This document shows positions 39,685 through 48,813 of a stretch of DNA of 64,000 nt, piece after piece (position 1 is the first letter of the stretch; every line of letters starts with the position of its first letter). Location: NCBI GenBank assembly GCA_965116885.1, contig OZ220741.1, positions 896,001 through 960,000 of the forward strand, in the 5' to 3' direction. The notes under the pieces were generated by a model. That model searched no databases, was not told the origin of the DNA, and saw only the letters and a list, made by a program, of their open reading frames with translations. The stretch comes from Candidatus Latescibacterota bacterium. Its GTDB lineage: Bacteria; Latescibacterota; UBA2968. The position numbers were made by a program, and so were the translations under genes.

Positions 39685-41043
39685 TTAGCGCAAATTATAC
39701 GCCTTGATCTTGTATTGCAATGCGCGAACACTGATCCCCAGCAGAGCCGCGGCCTCCTTCCTATTTGCCGTCACATGTGCAAGTGTTTTTTCGATCAGCG
39801 CGCGTTCCATATCTTCAAGCGAAGAACCGAGTTCGACCGTTATCGTATCCGTCGCATTCTGGGCATCGCGTATCCGAGAAGGCAAATGATCGACATCCAC
39901 CTTTTGATCTGCGCAGGTTACCACAATGCGCTCAATAGTATTTTTCAGCTCGCGCACATTGCCGGGCCAGAAATAAGCCAGAACCCTATCCATCGCATCG
40001 GGCGTTAATTCCATGCGCGGTTTGTGGTGCAACGCACACAGATTATCAAAAAACACATCGACCAAAAGCGGAATATCTTCAACGCGCTCGCGAAGTGGAG
40101 GCAAGCGAATAGGCACCACATTGATGCGGTAATACAAATCTTCTCTAAATCGTCCTTCTGCCACTTCTCGCTCGAGATCGCGATTCGTGACAAAAATAGT
40201 TCGCACATCTGCGGCCACCGCTTTGGTACTGCCCACCGGGCGATAGGCTTTTTCTTCTAATACCCGGAGCAAATCGACTTGATTGGGCAATGGAATTTCA
40301 CCCACCTCATCAAAAAAAAGCGTTCCCCCTTCAGCCGCCGCAAAAAACCCAGCCTTATCCGCTGTCGCGCCCGTAAACGCGCCTTTTACATAACCGAACA
40401 ACTCGCTGCCAAATAATGTCTCGGCAAACGCCCCACAATTCATCGCCAATAGGGACGCATTCCGCCGCGCACTCGCCTGATGAATCGCACGCACCACGAG
40501 TTCTTTCCCCGTCCCCGTTTCTCCGGTAATCAAAACCGGCACATCGGTCATTGCCGCCTGTGCTATGGTATCACTAACCTGTTCCATCGCAGCACTCCGA
40601 TGCACAATCTCTCCATTTTCGCCATTGGAATCCAGACGCGCCCGCAATACGCGATTCTCCACTACCAGTGCCTGATGATCCAGCAAACGCTCTAAGGACA
40701 GGCGCAATCGCTTCAGATCTACGGGCTTGGTCAAATAATCATAAGCCCCCCGCCTCATGGCTTCAACAGCCGTCTCCACCTCGCCATAAGCCGTAATCAC
40801 AATAACGCCAATTTCGCGATTTGCACCGCGCACCCACTTCAAAAGTGATAGACCATCCTGCCCCGGCATCTTGAGATCAAAAATCGCGGCATCATATTCC
40901 TGGGCCTCCATAAGCGCCTTTGCCTGATTCCCATCATAAGCCACATCAACCCGATAACCATCTTTGGTCATCGCCTCCCGCAGACCCTCGCAGATATAGT
41001 ACTCATCATCTGCAATTAAAAGTCGAATCTCACTCGCGTCCAT
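39685..41043 (-). CDS. Sigma54-dependent response regulator (NtrC/AtoC family)
   Basis: REC domain, GETGTGKE, GAFTGA, WPGNVREL, Fis-type HTH. Confidence 0.95.
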   Translation of the reverse strand: MDASEIRLLIADDEYYICEGLREAMTKDGYRVDVAYDGNQAKALMEAQEYDAAIFDLKMPGQDGLSLLKWVRGANREIGVIVITAYGEVETAVEAMRRGAYDYLTKPVDLKRLRLSLERLLDHQALVVENRVLRARLDSNGENGEIVHRSAAMEQVSDTIAQAAMTDVPVLITGETGTGKELVVRAIHQASARRNASLLAMNCGAFAETLFGSELFGYVKGAFTGATADKAGFFAAAEGGTLFFDEVGEIPLPNQVDLLRVLEEKAYRPVGSTKAVAADVRTIFVTNRDLEREVAEGRFREDLYYRINVVPIRLPPLRERVEDIPLLVDVFFDNLCALHHKPRMELTPDAMDRVLAYFWPGNVRELKNTIERIVVTCADQKVDVDHLPSRIRDAQNATDTITVELGSSLEDMERALIEKTLAHVTANRKEAAALLGISVRALQYKIKAYNLR

Positions 41044-41066
41044 AAGTTACCTCTGTCTGTAGCAAT

Positions 41067-41126
41067 GTCGGGAAAAGGATTTCCCTCCTACGATCCGTCT
41101 GCTGTTGGAGCGGCATCCCTGCCGCG
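41067..41126. repeat. Degenerate REP-like doublet of a second (GTAGGAG) type
   Basis: GTCGGGAAAAGGATTTCCCTCCTAC ... GTTGGAGCGGCATCCCTGCCGCG. Confidence 0.5.
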
Positions 41127-41137
41127 ATTGCCTCAAA

Positions 41138-42199
41138 TTATCGTATCTCATGCACGGGCAAATACACCCGGAAGGTCGTTCCTCTTTCGGGAAGACTCTC
41201 GACGTCAATATGCCCTCCGTGCTGATAAATGATGCGCTGGGCAATAGACAGTCCCAACCCGGTACCCTCATCTTTTGTCGTATAATAAAACTCGAAAATG
41301 CGATCCACCTCTTCTTCGGGAATCCCGCATCCCGTATCTGTAAGCATCAAACACACCTGCCCTGACTCGGTTTGTGTTCGGGCAACCAAATCCCCACCAG
41401 TGGCCATAGACTGAAAGGCATTCACCACAATATTGAGCACGGCTTGACCGAGTTGGTCTTCATCTCCATTAATCGCGGGCAGACCGTCGGAAAGTTCCAG
41501 ACACAACACAACCTCGCGCTCGCGTGCTTCGGGCGAGACCAGCTCAAAAACGCGGCGAACCACATCGTTGAGAGACACCTGCCGCAAATGGAGTTTGGGC
41601 GTACGCGAAAAACGCAAAAAATTATACACAAGGCGGTCGAGCCGTTTCATCTCTGTCTGTGCAATATTGAGCCGTCCCACAAGACGCTCTTTTAAGACAC
41701 TTGCCAACTCGCCCAGGTCTTCTTCCAACAACTGCAATTGAATATCAATCGCCCCCAGAGGATTGCGCACTTCATGGGCAACAGAAGCGGCCAAACGCCC
41801 CAACGCCGTCATCTTTTCAACTTGAAAAATCTCCCACTCCATCCGCTTTATCTCAGACACATCGCGCACCGCCAGCACCAGCCCGGACCGCGTATCTGCA
41901 TCTAAAAACGAAGTACTCACGCGCAAATGTTGCAATCCACCATCGGCATTGTGGTGTACCAGATCCGTATCTGACACCAGTACTTTTTTCTTTATACCCT
42001 CGTTCAAAATCCGCAACAACTCAGGGCGTTGGGCAAAGAGCACCTCTGGCGATGCGCCACAAACAGCCTGTTTGTCCCACCCCATCAACGCAATCAGATG
42101 TGTATTGGCCATCACGGCCCGATGTGTTTTGTCAAAAGCCACGATGCCCTCCCCCAGCCCCTCCAGAATAGAAGCACTATAATCCATAGCCATGTCCAT
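41138..42199 (-). CDS. PAS-domain sensor histidine kinase (cytoplasmic)
   Basis: PAS-like N-terminus, AHEVRNPL, N/G1/F/G2 boxes; start approximate. Confidence 0.92.
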   Translation of the reverse strand: MDMAMDYSASILEGLGEGIVAFDKTHRAVMANTHLIALMGWDKQAVCGASPEVLFAQRPELLRILNEGIKKKVLVSDTDLVHHNADGGLQHLRVSTSFLDADTRSGLVLAVRDVSEIKRMEWEIFQVEKMTALGRLAASVAHEVRNPLGAIDIQLQLLEEDLGELASVLKERLVGRLNIAQTEMKRLDRLVYNFLRFSRTPKLHLRQVSLNDVVRRVFELVSPEAREREVVLCLELSDGLPAINGDEDQLGQAVLNIVVNAFQSMATGGDLVARTQTESGQVCLMLTDTGCGIPEEEVDRIFEFYYTTKDEGTGLGLSIAQRIIYQHGGHIDVESLPERGTTFRVYLPVHEIR

Positions 42200-42215
42200 G
42201 CGCGTTCTCCAAAGG

Positions 42216-42284
42216 ATAGACGAACCCCGCCCCACCACCTAACGGGCGGGCACAGGGGCACCGCCCCTACATCGATTCGCTGAT
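42216..42284. repeat. Composite REP element (short form)
   Basis: ATAGACGAACCCCGCCC..AACGGGCGGGCACAGGGGCACCGCCCCTACAT..GATTCGCTGATT; homologous to 48400-48460. Confidence 0.8.
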
Positions 42285-42331
42285 TATTGTTAATTTTCCA
42301 TATTTCTACCCAAAGCGCAAGCCCAAATATC

Positions 42332-42361
42332 TTGACACTTATACATTTGGCGTGATATTAT
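42332..42361 (+). promoter_or_regulatory. Putative sigma70 promoter
   Basis: TTGACA-N18-TATTAT with TG extension. Confidence 0.65.
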
Positions 42362-42373
42362 TAACCTTTAGTT

Positions 42374-44041
42374 ATGAAAAACACAGAACAAAACCTCTAT
42401 CGCGTACTCACCACCCAGCGCGCAAGCCTGTTATCCGAATGGCAAAAACGCGTCCGCCGCACATCTGACTTACAACTGCGCGAAGATTTTGATGGTCACA
42501 CGCCCGACGATGTGCTCGAAGAGTTCTTTGATCTAATAGTCAAACAGATCACCACCAAACAGGATTATCACCTGCTCCGCCAGCGCGTCTTTTCAGGCGA
42601 AATCAATGCTTTTACCCCCGATGCGGCTTGTCGATTGCTCATTGCGCTCAAAAAAACTGTTTTAGAACGCCTGGAAAATTTCACGCACAATGCCGAAGCC
42701 ATATTTGACGAAATCTTGCTGCGCATATCGGCGTACTACCACGAAATGCGCTATCGAAACCTGGCGCGCGATCAATCTCAAAGCCTGCGCCAGCGCAATG
42801 TCGAAATCGCCCGCCTCCTCGCAGTGGAAAAACAGCGCGCCGCGCACCTGACCACCAACAATCGCATCGCTCAAATGGCCCTATCAACCCTCGACCCGGA
42901 TGAAATTTTCAGACGCATTGTACACGAAGTGCAACAGAGTTTCAATTACCAGCATGTCTCACTTTATTTTCTCGAAACACATTCTAACCAGATGATCATG
43001 AAAGCCAGAGCCGGTGTTTACGAAAAGCACTTCCCCGAAGGGTATCGCCAAAATGTGGGCGAAGGTATCGTAGGCCATGTCGTCGCGTCTGGCAATCCCA
43101 TCATGGCCAATGACGTGGCCAATGACCCCAGGCGCATCATTGCTTTTCCGCAGGAAAAAAACACGCGATCAGAACTCTGTGTGCCAATCAAAACAGCAGA
43201 CCGCGTATTGGGCGCACTCGATGTGCTCAGTCGCAAAAAAAATGGCTTTAATTGGACCGATGTGCAATCGCTAATGGTCTTGACCGATCAACTGGCATGG
43301 GTCATCCACAACGCGCATCTCTTTCAGGAAACGCGAGAACTCCAGGACGAACTCGTACAATCGGAACGCCTGGCCGTAATCGGCGAAATGTCTGCGCGCA
43401 TAGCACACGAGATTCGCAATCCACTCGCGACAATTGGCGGCTTTGCGCGCTCTCTTCAGCGCGCGCCAACGCCCCACCGCATCGACACGGCATCGCGCAT
43501 CATATCTCAGGAAGTCACGCGCCTGGAAGAGCTACTGACCGACATCCTCAACTACACGCGGCCGCGCAAGCTCGAACTCGAACCCGTCAATCTCCCGGAC
43601 CTCATCGCCGATGTCTATCATCAGGTTGGCGAGGGCCTCGAGGACCGGGGCATCGCCTACCGACAAAACGCACCATCTAATCTGCCCGAAACACCCGTGG
43701 ATGCCGCACAGTTTAAGCAGGTACTCATCAACATCTTCAAAAACGCATTTCAAGCAATGCCCAATGGCGGCAAGTTGCACGTCCATATCCGAAAAAAAGA
43801 GGATCAGCCACATATCGAAATAGAAATACGAGATACGGGACCGGGGATTCCCGCCGAAATTCAGAACGAAATTTTCAAGCCCTATTTCACCACCAAAACC
43901 ACGGGTACAGGTCTCGGATTGGTCATCAGCAAACAAATCGTCGAGCGCCACGGCGGAACCCTCTCATTCACGAGCCACAGCGGTTCTGGCACCACCCTCT
44001 TCATCCATCTCCCCGATCTCTCCTCAAGGAAACCATTATGA
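42374..44041 (+). CDS. GAF-domain sensor histidine kinase (cytoplasmic)
   Basis: Helical N-terminus, GAF (GEGIVGHV, SELCVPI), AHEIRNPL, HATPase boxes. Confidence 0.92.
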   Translation: MKNTEQNLYRVLTTQRASLLSEWQKRVRRTSDLQLREDFDGHTPDDVLEEFFDLIVKQITTKQDYHLLRQRVFSGEINAFTPDAACRLLIALKKTVLERLENFTHNAEAIFDEILLRISAYYHEMRYRNLARDQSQSLRQRNVEIARLLAVEKQRAAHLTTNNRIAQMALSTLDPDEIFRRIVHEVQQSFNYQHVSLYFLETHSNQMIMKARAGVYEKHFPEGYRQNVGEGIVGHVVASGNPIMANDVANDPRRIIAFPQEKNTRSELCVPIKTADRVLGALDVLSRKKNGFNWTDVQSLMVLTDQLAWVIHNAHLFQETRELQDELVQSERLAVIGEMSARIAHEIRNPLATIGGFARSLQRAPTPHRIDTASRIISQEVTRLEELLTDILNYTRPRKLELEPVNLPDLIADVYHQVGEGLEDRGIAYRQNAPSNLPETPVDAAQFKQVLINIFKNAFQAMPNGGKLHVHIRKKEDQPHIEIEIRDTGPGIPAEIQNEIFKPYFTTKTTGTGLGLVISKQIVERHGGTLSFTSHSGSGTTLFIHLPDLSSRKPL

Positions 44042-44400
44042 AAAACATCCTCATTGCCGACGACGACCAAAATCTGGCACTGCTCTACGAGCAAGAACTC
44101 ACCGATGAAGGGTATCGCGTCGATGTGGTTCACGACGCGCAAACCGCGATTGAGCGCGTCAAAGACAATCCGCCAGACCTCTTAATACTCGACATTCGAA
44201 TGCCCGGCATGGACGGCATTGAAGCTCTCAACCACATTCTGGGGATAAACAACCAGTTACCCGTTATTCTCAACACCGCTTATAGCAATCACAAAGACAA
44301 TTATCTCACCTGGTCAGCCAATGCCTATGTGGTCAAGTCATCGGACCTGTCAGAACTCAAAACCGCCATAAGCGATGTGCTGAACGGTGAAAGGTCTTGA
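44038..44400 (+). CDS. Single-domain response regulator
   Basis: ILIADDD, LDIRMPGMDG, TAY, VVKS. Confidence 0.93.
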   Translation: MKNILIADDDQNLALLYEQELTDEGYRVDVVHDAQTAIERVKDNPPDLLILDIRMPGMDGIEALNHILGINNQLPVILNTAYSNHKDNYLTWSANAYVVKSSDLSELKTAISDVLNGERS

Positions 44401-44401
44401 C

Positions 44402-45601
44402 ATGCCCGATGATACGCTAACCATGATCCTCGCCGGAGGCCAGGGGTCGCGGCTTTATCCCCTCACGCGCAATCAGGCCAAACCCGCCGTGCCCTTCGGC
44501 GGCATGTACCGCATCATTGACTTTACCCTCTCCAACTGCCTCAACTCCAACTTGCGCCGCATCTATGTTCTCACGCAATACATGTCAACATCTCTCGACC
44601 GGCATTTGCAACGCGGCTGGTCCATTTTCAATCCCGAACTCGACGAATTTATCTTTGAAGTCCCGCCCCAATTCCGCCTTGCTGGCAACTGGTATCGCGG
44701 CACAGCCGATGCCATTTTTCAAAACATCGACATCCTCGAACGCGAGCGTCCCGATCGCGTCCTCATCCTGGGCGGCGACCATGTGTACAAAATGGATTAC
44801 AGCAAGATGCTCGCCTTTCACAACAACGCAAATGCCGATCTCACGGTAGCCTGTATTGAAGTACCCATCAAAAATGCCACTGAATTGGGCGTCATGGCAA
44901 TCGACGATGAATCTCGCATTGTCGGCTTTGAAGAAAAACCCGACCACCCCAAACCCACACCACACAATCCCAATCTCGCCCTGGCCTCAATGGGCATCTA
45001 CATCTTCAGCACAGAAGTCCTCGTGCGCCAACTCTCCGAAGATGCCAAACGCGACACAGCCCACGACTTTGGGCAAAACATCATCCCCTCAATGGTCGAT
45101 TCGGGACGCGTCTTTGCGTACAACTTCAAGCACGGCAATCGCAATTCGACCGTGTACTGGCGCGACATCGGCCTTCTCGACGCGTACTGGGAAGCCAACA
45201 TGGACCTCGTTTCTGAAACCCCCGAATTCGACCTGCACGACCCGAACTGGCCCATCCGCACACATGCACATCCATATCCGCCTTCGCGCCTGCACATTCG
45301 ACCGCAAAACAGTTCTCTTCTCGTCGTAGCCCAGGGATGTGTTATTGCCAATGCGCGGGTCGAGCGCTCAGTCATCTCTGCAGGTGTTCACATAGACTCC
45401 GGCGCACAGGTTACCGATTCGGTGCTCATGGAAGGCGTCAAAGTCGGTGCCAAAGCCCAACTCCACCGCGTCATCGCCGATGAAGGCGTCGTCATTCCAG
45501 ACGGTGCCCAAATTGGGATTAACCGCGAAGACGACCGCCAGCGGTTCACAGTCACAGATAGCGGCGTCGTAGCCATTTCCAAAGGATTGCCCATTGAATA
45601 A
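44402..45601 (+). CDS. glgC: Glucose-1-phosphate adenylyltransferase
   Basis: LAGGQGSRLYPLT, AKPAVPFGG, WYRGTADA, GDHVYKMDY, FEEKP. Confidence 0.96.
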   Translation: MPDDTLTMILAGGQGSRLYPLTRNQAKPAVPFGGMYRIIDFTLSNCLNSNLRRIYVLTQYMSTSLDRHLQRGWSIFNPELDEFIFEVPPQFRLAGNWYRGTADAIFQNIDILERERPDRVLILGGDHVYKMDYSKMLAFHNNANADLTVACIEVPIKNATELGVMAIDDESRIVGFEEKPDHPKPTPHNPNLALASMGIYIFSTEVLVRQLSEDAKRDTAHDFGQNIIPSMVDSGRVFAYNFKHGNRNSTVYWRDIGLLDAYWEANMDLVSETPEFDLHDPNWPIRTHAHPYPPSRLHIRPQNSSLLVVAQGCVIANARVERSVISAGVHIDSGAQVTDSVLMEGVKVGAKAQLHRVIADEGVVIPDGAQIGINREDDRQRFTVTDSGVVAISKGLPIE

Positions 45602-48263
45602 ACAAATCCCCATATGTGATACCCTCCAACGCGATCTTCTCAACGAAAAAAAAAGATTCGACACCTGGCCCACCGAACGCCTGTCGTATTTGCGAACCTA
45701 TCTCGACACCGCCTGGGAAACGATTTATGCGCACCACCAGAGCGGGGCATCGGGCAACGCTGTGGTGGCAGCACTCACACAGCGCGTCGATACACTCATC
45801 CAGGCACTGTATGCCGAAGCGATTGAAGAACACGGTGAACCAACCGGATTTGCCGTAATCGCGCAAGGGGGATATGGCCGGGGTGCGCTCAATCCCCACT
45901 CGGATATCGACCTGTTATTTCTCTTCAAAAAAAAAGTCCATGAAGGCGACCCCATAACGCGCGCGATTCTCCACACCCTGTGGGATCTGCGATTTGACGT
46001 GGGATACAGCACGCGCACCCTGTCCGATTGCATCACTGCAGCACAAGACGACACCGATTCCATGACAGCAATGCTCGAAACGCGCCATCTCGTGGGTGAT
46101 CCCACCCTGAAGACCCACCTGCAAGACGCCCTTGCGCGGCGGTTCTTTGGTCGGCGTGCGAGCGGTTTTATCAACAAAAAAATTCAGGAACGCATCCAAC
46201 GACACAGCAAATTCAAATTTTCAACCCAACTCCTCGAACCCAATATCAAAGAAAGCCCTGGGGGATTGCGAGATATTCACACAGCCGGCTGGTTCTTAAT
46301 GGCACGCCGCAGTATTCGCGCGCCCGAAGGCTTGCAAAAAAGCCATATACTCACCCGCAGAAATTACGAGATCTATGTCAAAGCCTTTGACTTCATGCTG
46401 CGCACGCGCAACGAATTACACTTCCACACGGGCAAATACTTTGACGTACTCGAACACGACCTTCAACTCATTATCGCCAAAAATTTGGGCTACCGGGACC
46501 GCGACAATGAACTGGGCGTCGAACACTTTATGCGAGACTACTACACCCATGCGCGTGCAATCAAACACCTCAGCGACCTGATATGTGAACGTCTCAAAGG
46601 CCAATCTTCCACCGGCCGGGCTGTGGGATTGCTCACGCGCCGTCAACTCGACGACGGCTCTGTATTGCACCACACGCACATAGCCCTGCCCAAAAAGCGA
46701 CGACATTTTTTTGACAACGCGCCCCATCGCCTCCTCTCCCTCTTCCTCAACGCGCAGCGATTTGGCGTCTCCCTCAATGAAGCGGCCAAACAGGGAATAA
46801 AAGACCACCTCCATCTCATCGACGACAGCTTCAGGTCTTCTGGACGCGCCAGTCGCATCTTTCTCGACCTCTTCCGCGCACCCGTCGGCATTGGCACCAC
46901 CCTTCGCACCATGCACGAACTCGACGTTTTGGGCACTTACGTACCCGAATTCGGCAGCCTGACCTGCCTGGTACAATACAATCGCTATCACATCTACACG
47001 GCAGACGAACACACCCTGGTCGCTGTAGAGCGTCTCGATTACCTCGCGCGATCTCCTTCTTTGCCCCAAGATTTGCAGCACCTCAGACGCGTGTACAATG
47101 AAATCCCGAGAAAAGAGCTTCTCTATCTCGCCCTGATGATGCACGACGTGGGAAAATCTGTTCGCGACAAAGATCACAGCATTGTCGGTGCAGAAATGAC
47201 ACGGGACTTTCTCAAACGCCTTCAATTGCCCGATGACCAGATAGAAACCGTTGTTTTTCTCGTGCGACACCATCTTGCAATGTCCGCCATTGCCCAGCGC
47301 CGCGACCTGTCAGATCAGCGCATGATCGCCGAATTTGCCAGCACATTTTCACACCCCGATGTCTTGCGTATGCTCTATGTACTCACTTATGCCGACCTGT
47401 CTGCCGTCACACAAACTGCGTGGACCGCCTGGAAAGGTCACCTCTTGCGCGAACTCTACGAAAATACCTTTTATCTCCTCACACAAAGCGCCCAACCCAA
47501 TCGCGAGCAACCCGAACCACAAGACATTCAAAAAATCCTCACTGCTCTGGAGTCGCGCATTCCATATCAGACCCTTGTCGAACACCTCAACAACATGCCC
47601 CCGCGCTATCCCGAACAAAACAGCCCGGAAGAAATTGCACAACACCTGCAACTCATCGACACAATGGGATCCTCGCTGGTCGCCGTTAACGTACAACCCG
47701 GCGGACTCTTTCTGGAAATCACCATCTGTACGCACGACCTGCCCTTTCGCCTATCTGAAATTTGCGGTGTGCTGGCAACCCGCGACATCAACATCTTCAG
47801 CGCACACGCCTACACGCGCAACGACGGCACAGTCATCGACATCTTCCAGGTCACTTCCGATATGGATGATGACGCTGCATTACGGGAAAAAATTCAACAA
47901 ACCCTGACCGATGTCTTTCAAAAAAAAGAGCGCGTATCAGACCTATTCGCCAATTACAGTCAGAGGTGGTCCCTGAAGCGTCAGCCCACAACTCCCATAT
48001 CCCCTAAAATCACATTCGACAACAATGTTTCTATGCGCTCCACCGTCATCGATATCACTGCACAAGATGCAATAGGCCTCCTGTATCGCATCACGCGCAC
48101 ATTATCAGACCTTGGCCTCGACATCTACACCGCCCGCATTGGCACACAGGCAGACCGCGCTGTCGATGCCTTTTACATACGTAAAAATGGCGATAAAATC
48201 ACAGACCCCGCACAGCTCGAATACATCACCCGCGAACTCACGCACGCGATTGAGAATCCGTGA
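45594..48263 (+). CDS. glnD: [Protein-PII] uridylyltransferase
   Basis: GGYGRG..PHSDIDL, EPNIKESPGGLRD, HD domain (YHIYTADEH, HDVGK), two ACT domains. Confidence 0.95.
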   Translation: MNKQIPICDTLQRDLLNEKKRFDTWPTERLSYLRTYLDTAWETIYAHHQSGASGNAVVAALTQRVDTLIQALYAEAIEEHGEPTGFAVIAQGGYGRGALNPHSDIDLLFLFKKKVHEGDPITRAILHTLWDLRFDVGYSTRTLSDCITAAQDDTDSMTAMLETRHLVGDPTLKTHLQDALARRFFGRRASGFINKKIQERIQRHSKFKFSTQLLEPNIKESPGGLRDIHTAGWFLMARRSIRAPEGLQKSHILTRRNYEIYVKAFDFMLRTRNELHFHTGKYFDVLEHDLQLIIAKNLGYRDRDNELGVEHFMRDYYTHARAIKHLSDLICERLKGQSSTGRAVGLLTRRQLDDGSVLHHTHIALPKKRRHFFDNAPHRLLSLFLNAQRFGVSLNEAAKQGIKDHLHLIDDSFRSSGRASRIFLDLFRAPVGIGTTLRTMHELDVLGTYVPEFGSLTCLVQYNRYHIYTADEHTLVAVERLDYLARSPSLPQDLQHLRRVYNEIPRKELLYLALMMHDVGKSVRDKDHSIVGAEMTRDFLKRLQLPDDQIETVVFLVRHHLAMSAIAQRRDLSDQRMIAEFASTFSHPDVLRMLYVLTYADLSAVTQTAWTAWKGHLLRELYENTFYLLTQSAQPNREQPEPQDIQKILTALESRIPYQTLVEHLNNMPPRYPEQNSPEEIAQHLQLIDTMGSSLVAVNVQPGGLFLEITICTHDLPFRLSEICGVLATRDINIFSAHAYTRNDGTVIDIFQVTSDMDDDAALREKIQQTLTDVFQKKERVSDLFANYSQRWSLKRQPTTPISPKITFDNNVSMRSTVIDITAQDAIGLLYRITRTLSDLGLDIYTARIGTQADRAVDAFYIRKNGDKITDPAQLEYITRELTHAIENP

Positions 48264-48267
48264 AAGC

Positions 48268-48408
48268 ACGAATAGACGAATAGACGAATAGACGAATAGA
48301 CGAATAGACGAATAGACGAATAGACGAATAGACGAATAGACGAATAGACGAATAGACGAATAGACGAATAGACGAATAGACGAATAGACGAATAGACGAA
48401 TAGACGAA
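48268..48408 (+). repeat. Perfect 8-bp tandem repeat (ACGAATAG) x17 plus partial
   Basis: Directly visible, starts 5 bp after the glnD stop. Confidence 0.98.
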
Positions 48409-48426
48409 CCCCGCCCAACCACCCAA

Positions 48427-48454
48427 CGGGCGGGCACAGGGGCACCGCCCCTAC
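48427..48454 (-). repeat. GTAG-type REP
   Basis: CGGGCGGGCACAGGGGCACCGCCCCTAC, identical to 42243-42270 and 50558-50585. Confidence 0.9.
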
Positions 48455-48456
48455 AT

Positions 48457-48576
48457 TGATGAACTGTTCCGAACCAGTTGTACCCCGTTCCGTTGATTCG
48501 CTGATGAACTGGCCTGAAAGACGGCCAGTTGTACCCCGTTCCGTTGATTCGCTGATTCGCTGATTCGTTGATTCGC
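48457..48576 (+). repeat. 32-bp direct repeat pair plus (YTGATTCG) x4 microsatellite
   Basis: CCAGTTGTACCCCGTTCCGTTGATTCGCTGAT at 48474 and 48525. Confidence 0.9.
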
Positions 48577-48590
48577 GTTTCTTCTTTTTC

Positions 48591-48619
48591 TTGACAAGCC
48601 ACATTGTTTGTTTTACGTT
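48591..48619 (+). promoter_or_regulatory. Putative sigma70 promoter of rho
   Basis: TTGACA-N17-TACGTT. Confidence 0.6.
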
Positions 48620-48813
48620 TAGATCAACTTCAAAATGTATTCCCTCGCACTAATGCTCCGCATCCTGCCCCACAATCTTCCAAAGCACTGTTCTCCGTAG
48701 GCTTCGCAGTACCCCAATGATTTCGCACAACATTTGTTTTACATCCCCCACAGCATGTGTCGCTCGAGCATGCATTATTTCTCCCCTTTCCAACCCATCA
48801 GGAACCCCAAAAA

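Noticed and set aside
48457..48556. Possible mini-CRISPR (two 32-bp repeats)
   Set aside because: Only two units, a 19-bp intervening segment related to the upstream flank, and no cas genes
48105..48604. Minus-strand ORFs with YSSIRLFV repeats
   Set aside because: Translations of the 8-bp microsatellite, which has no stop on that strand
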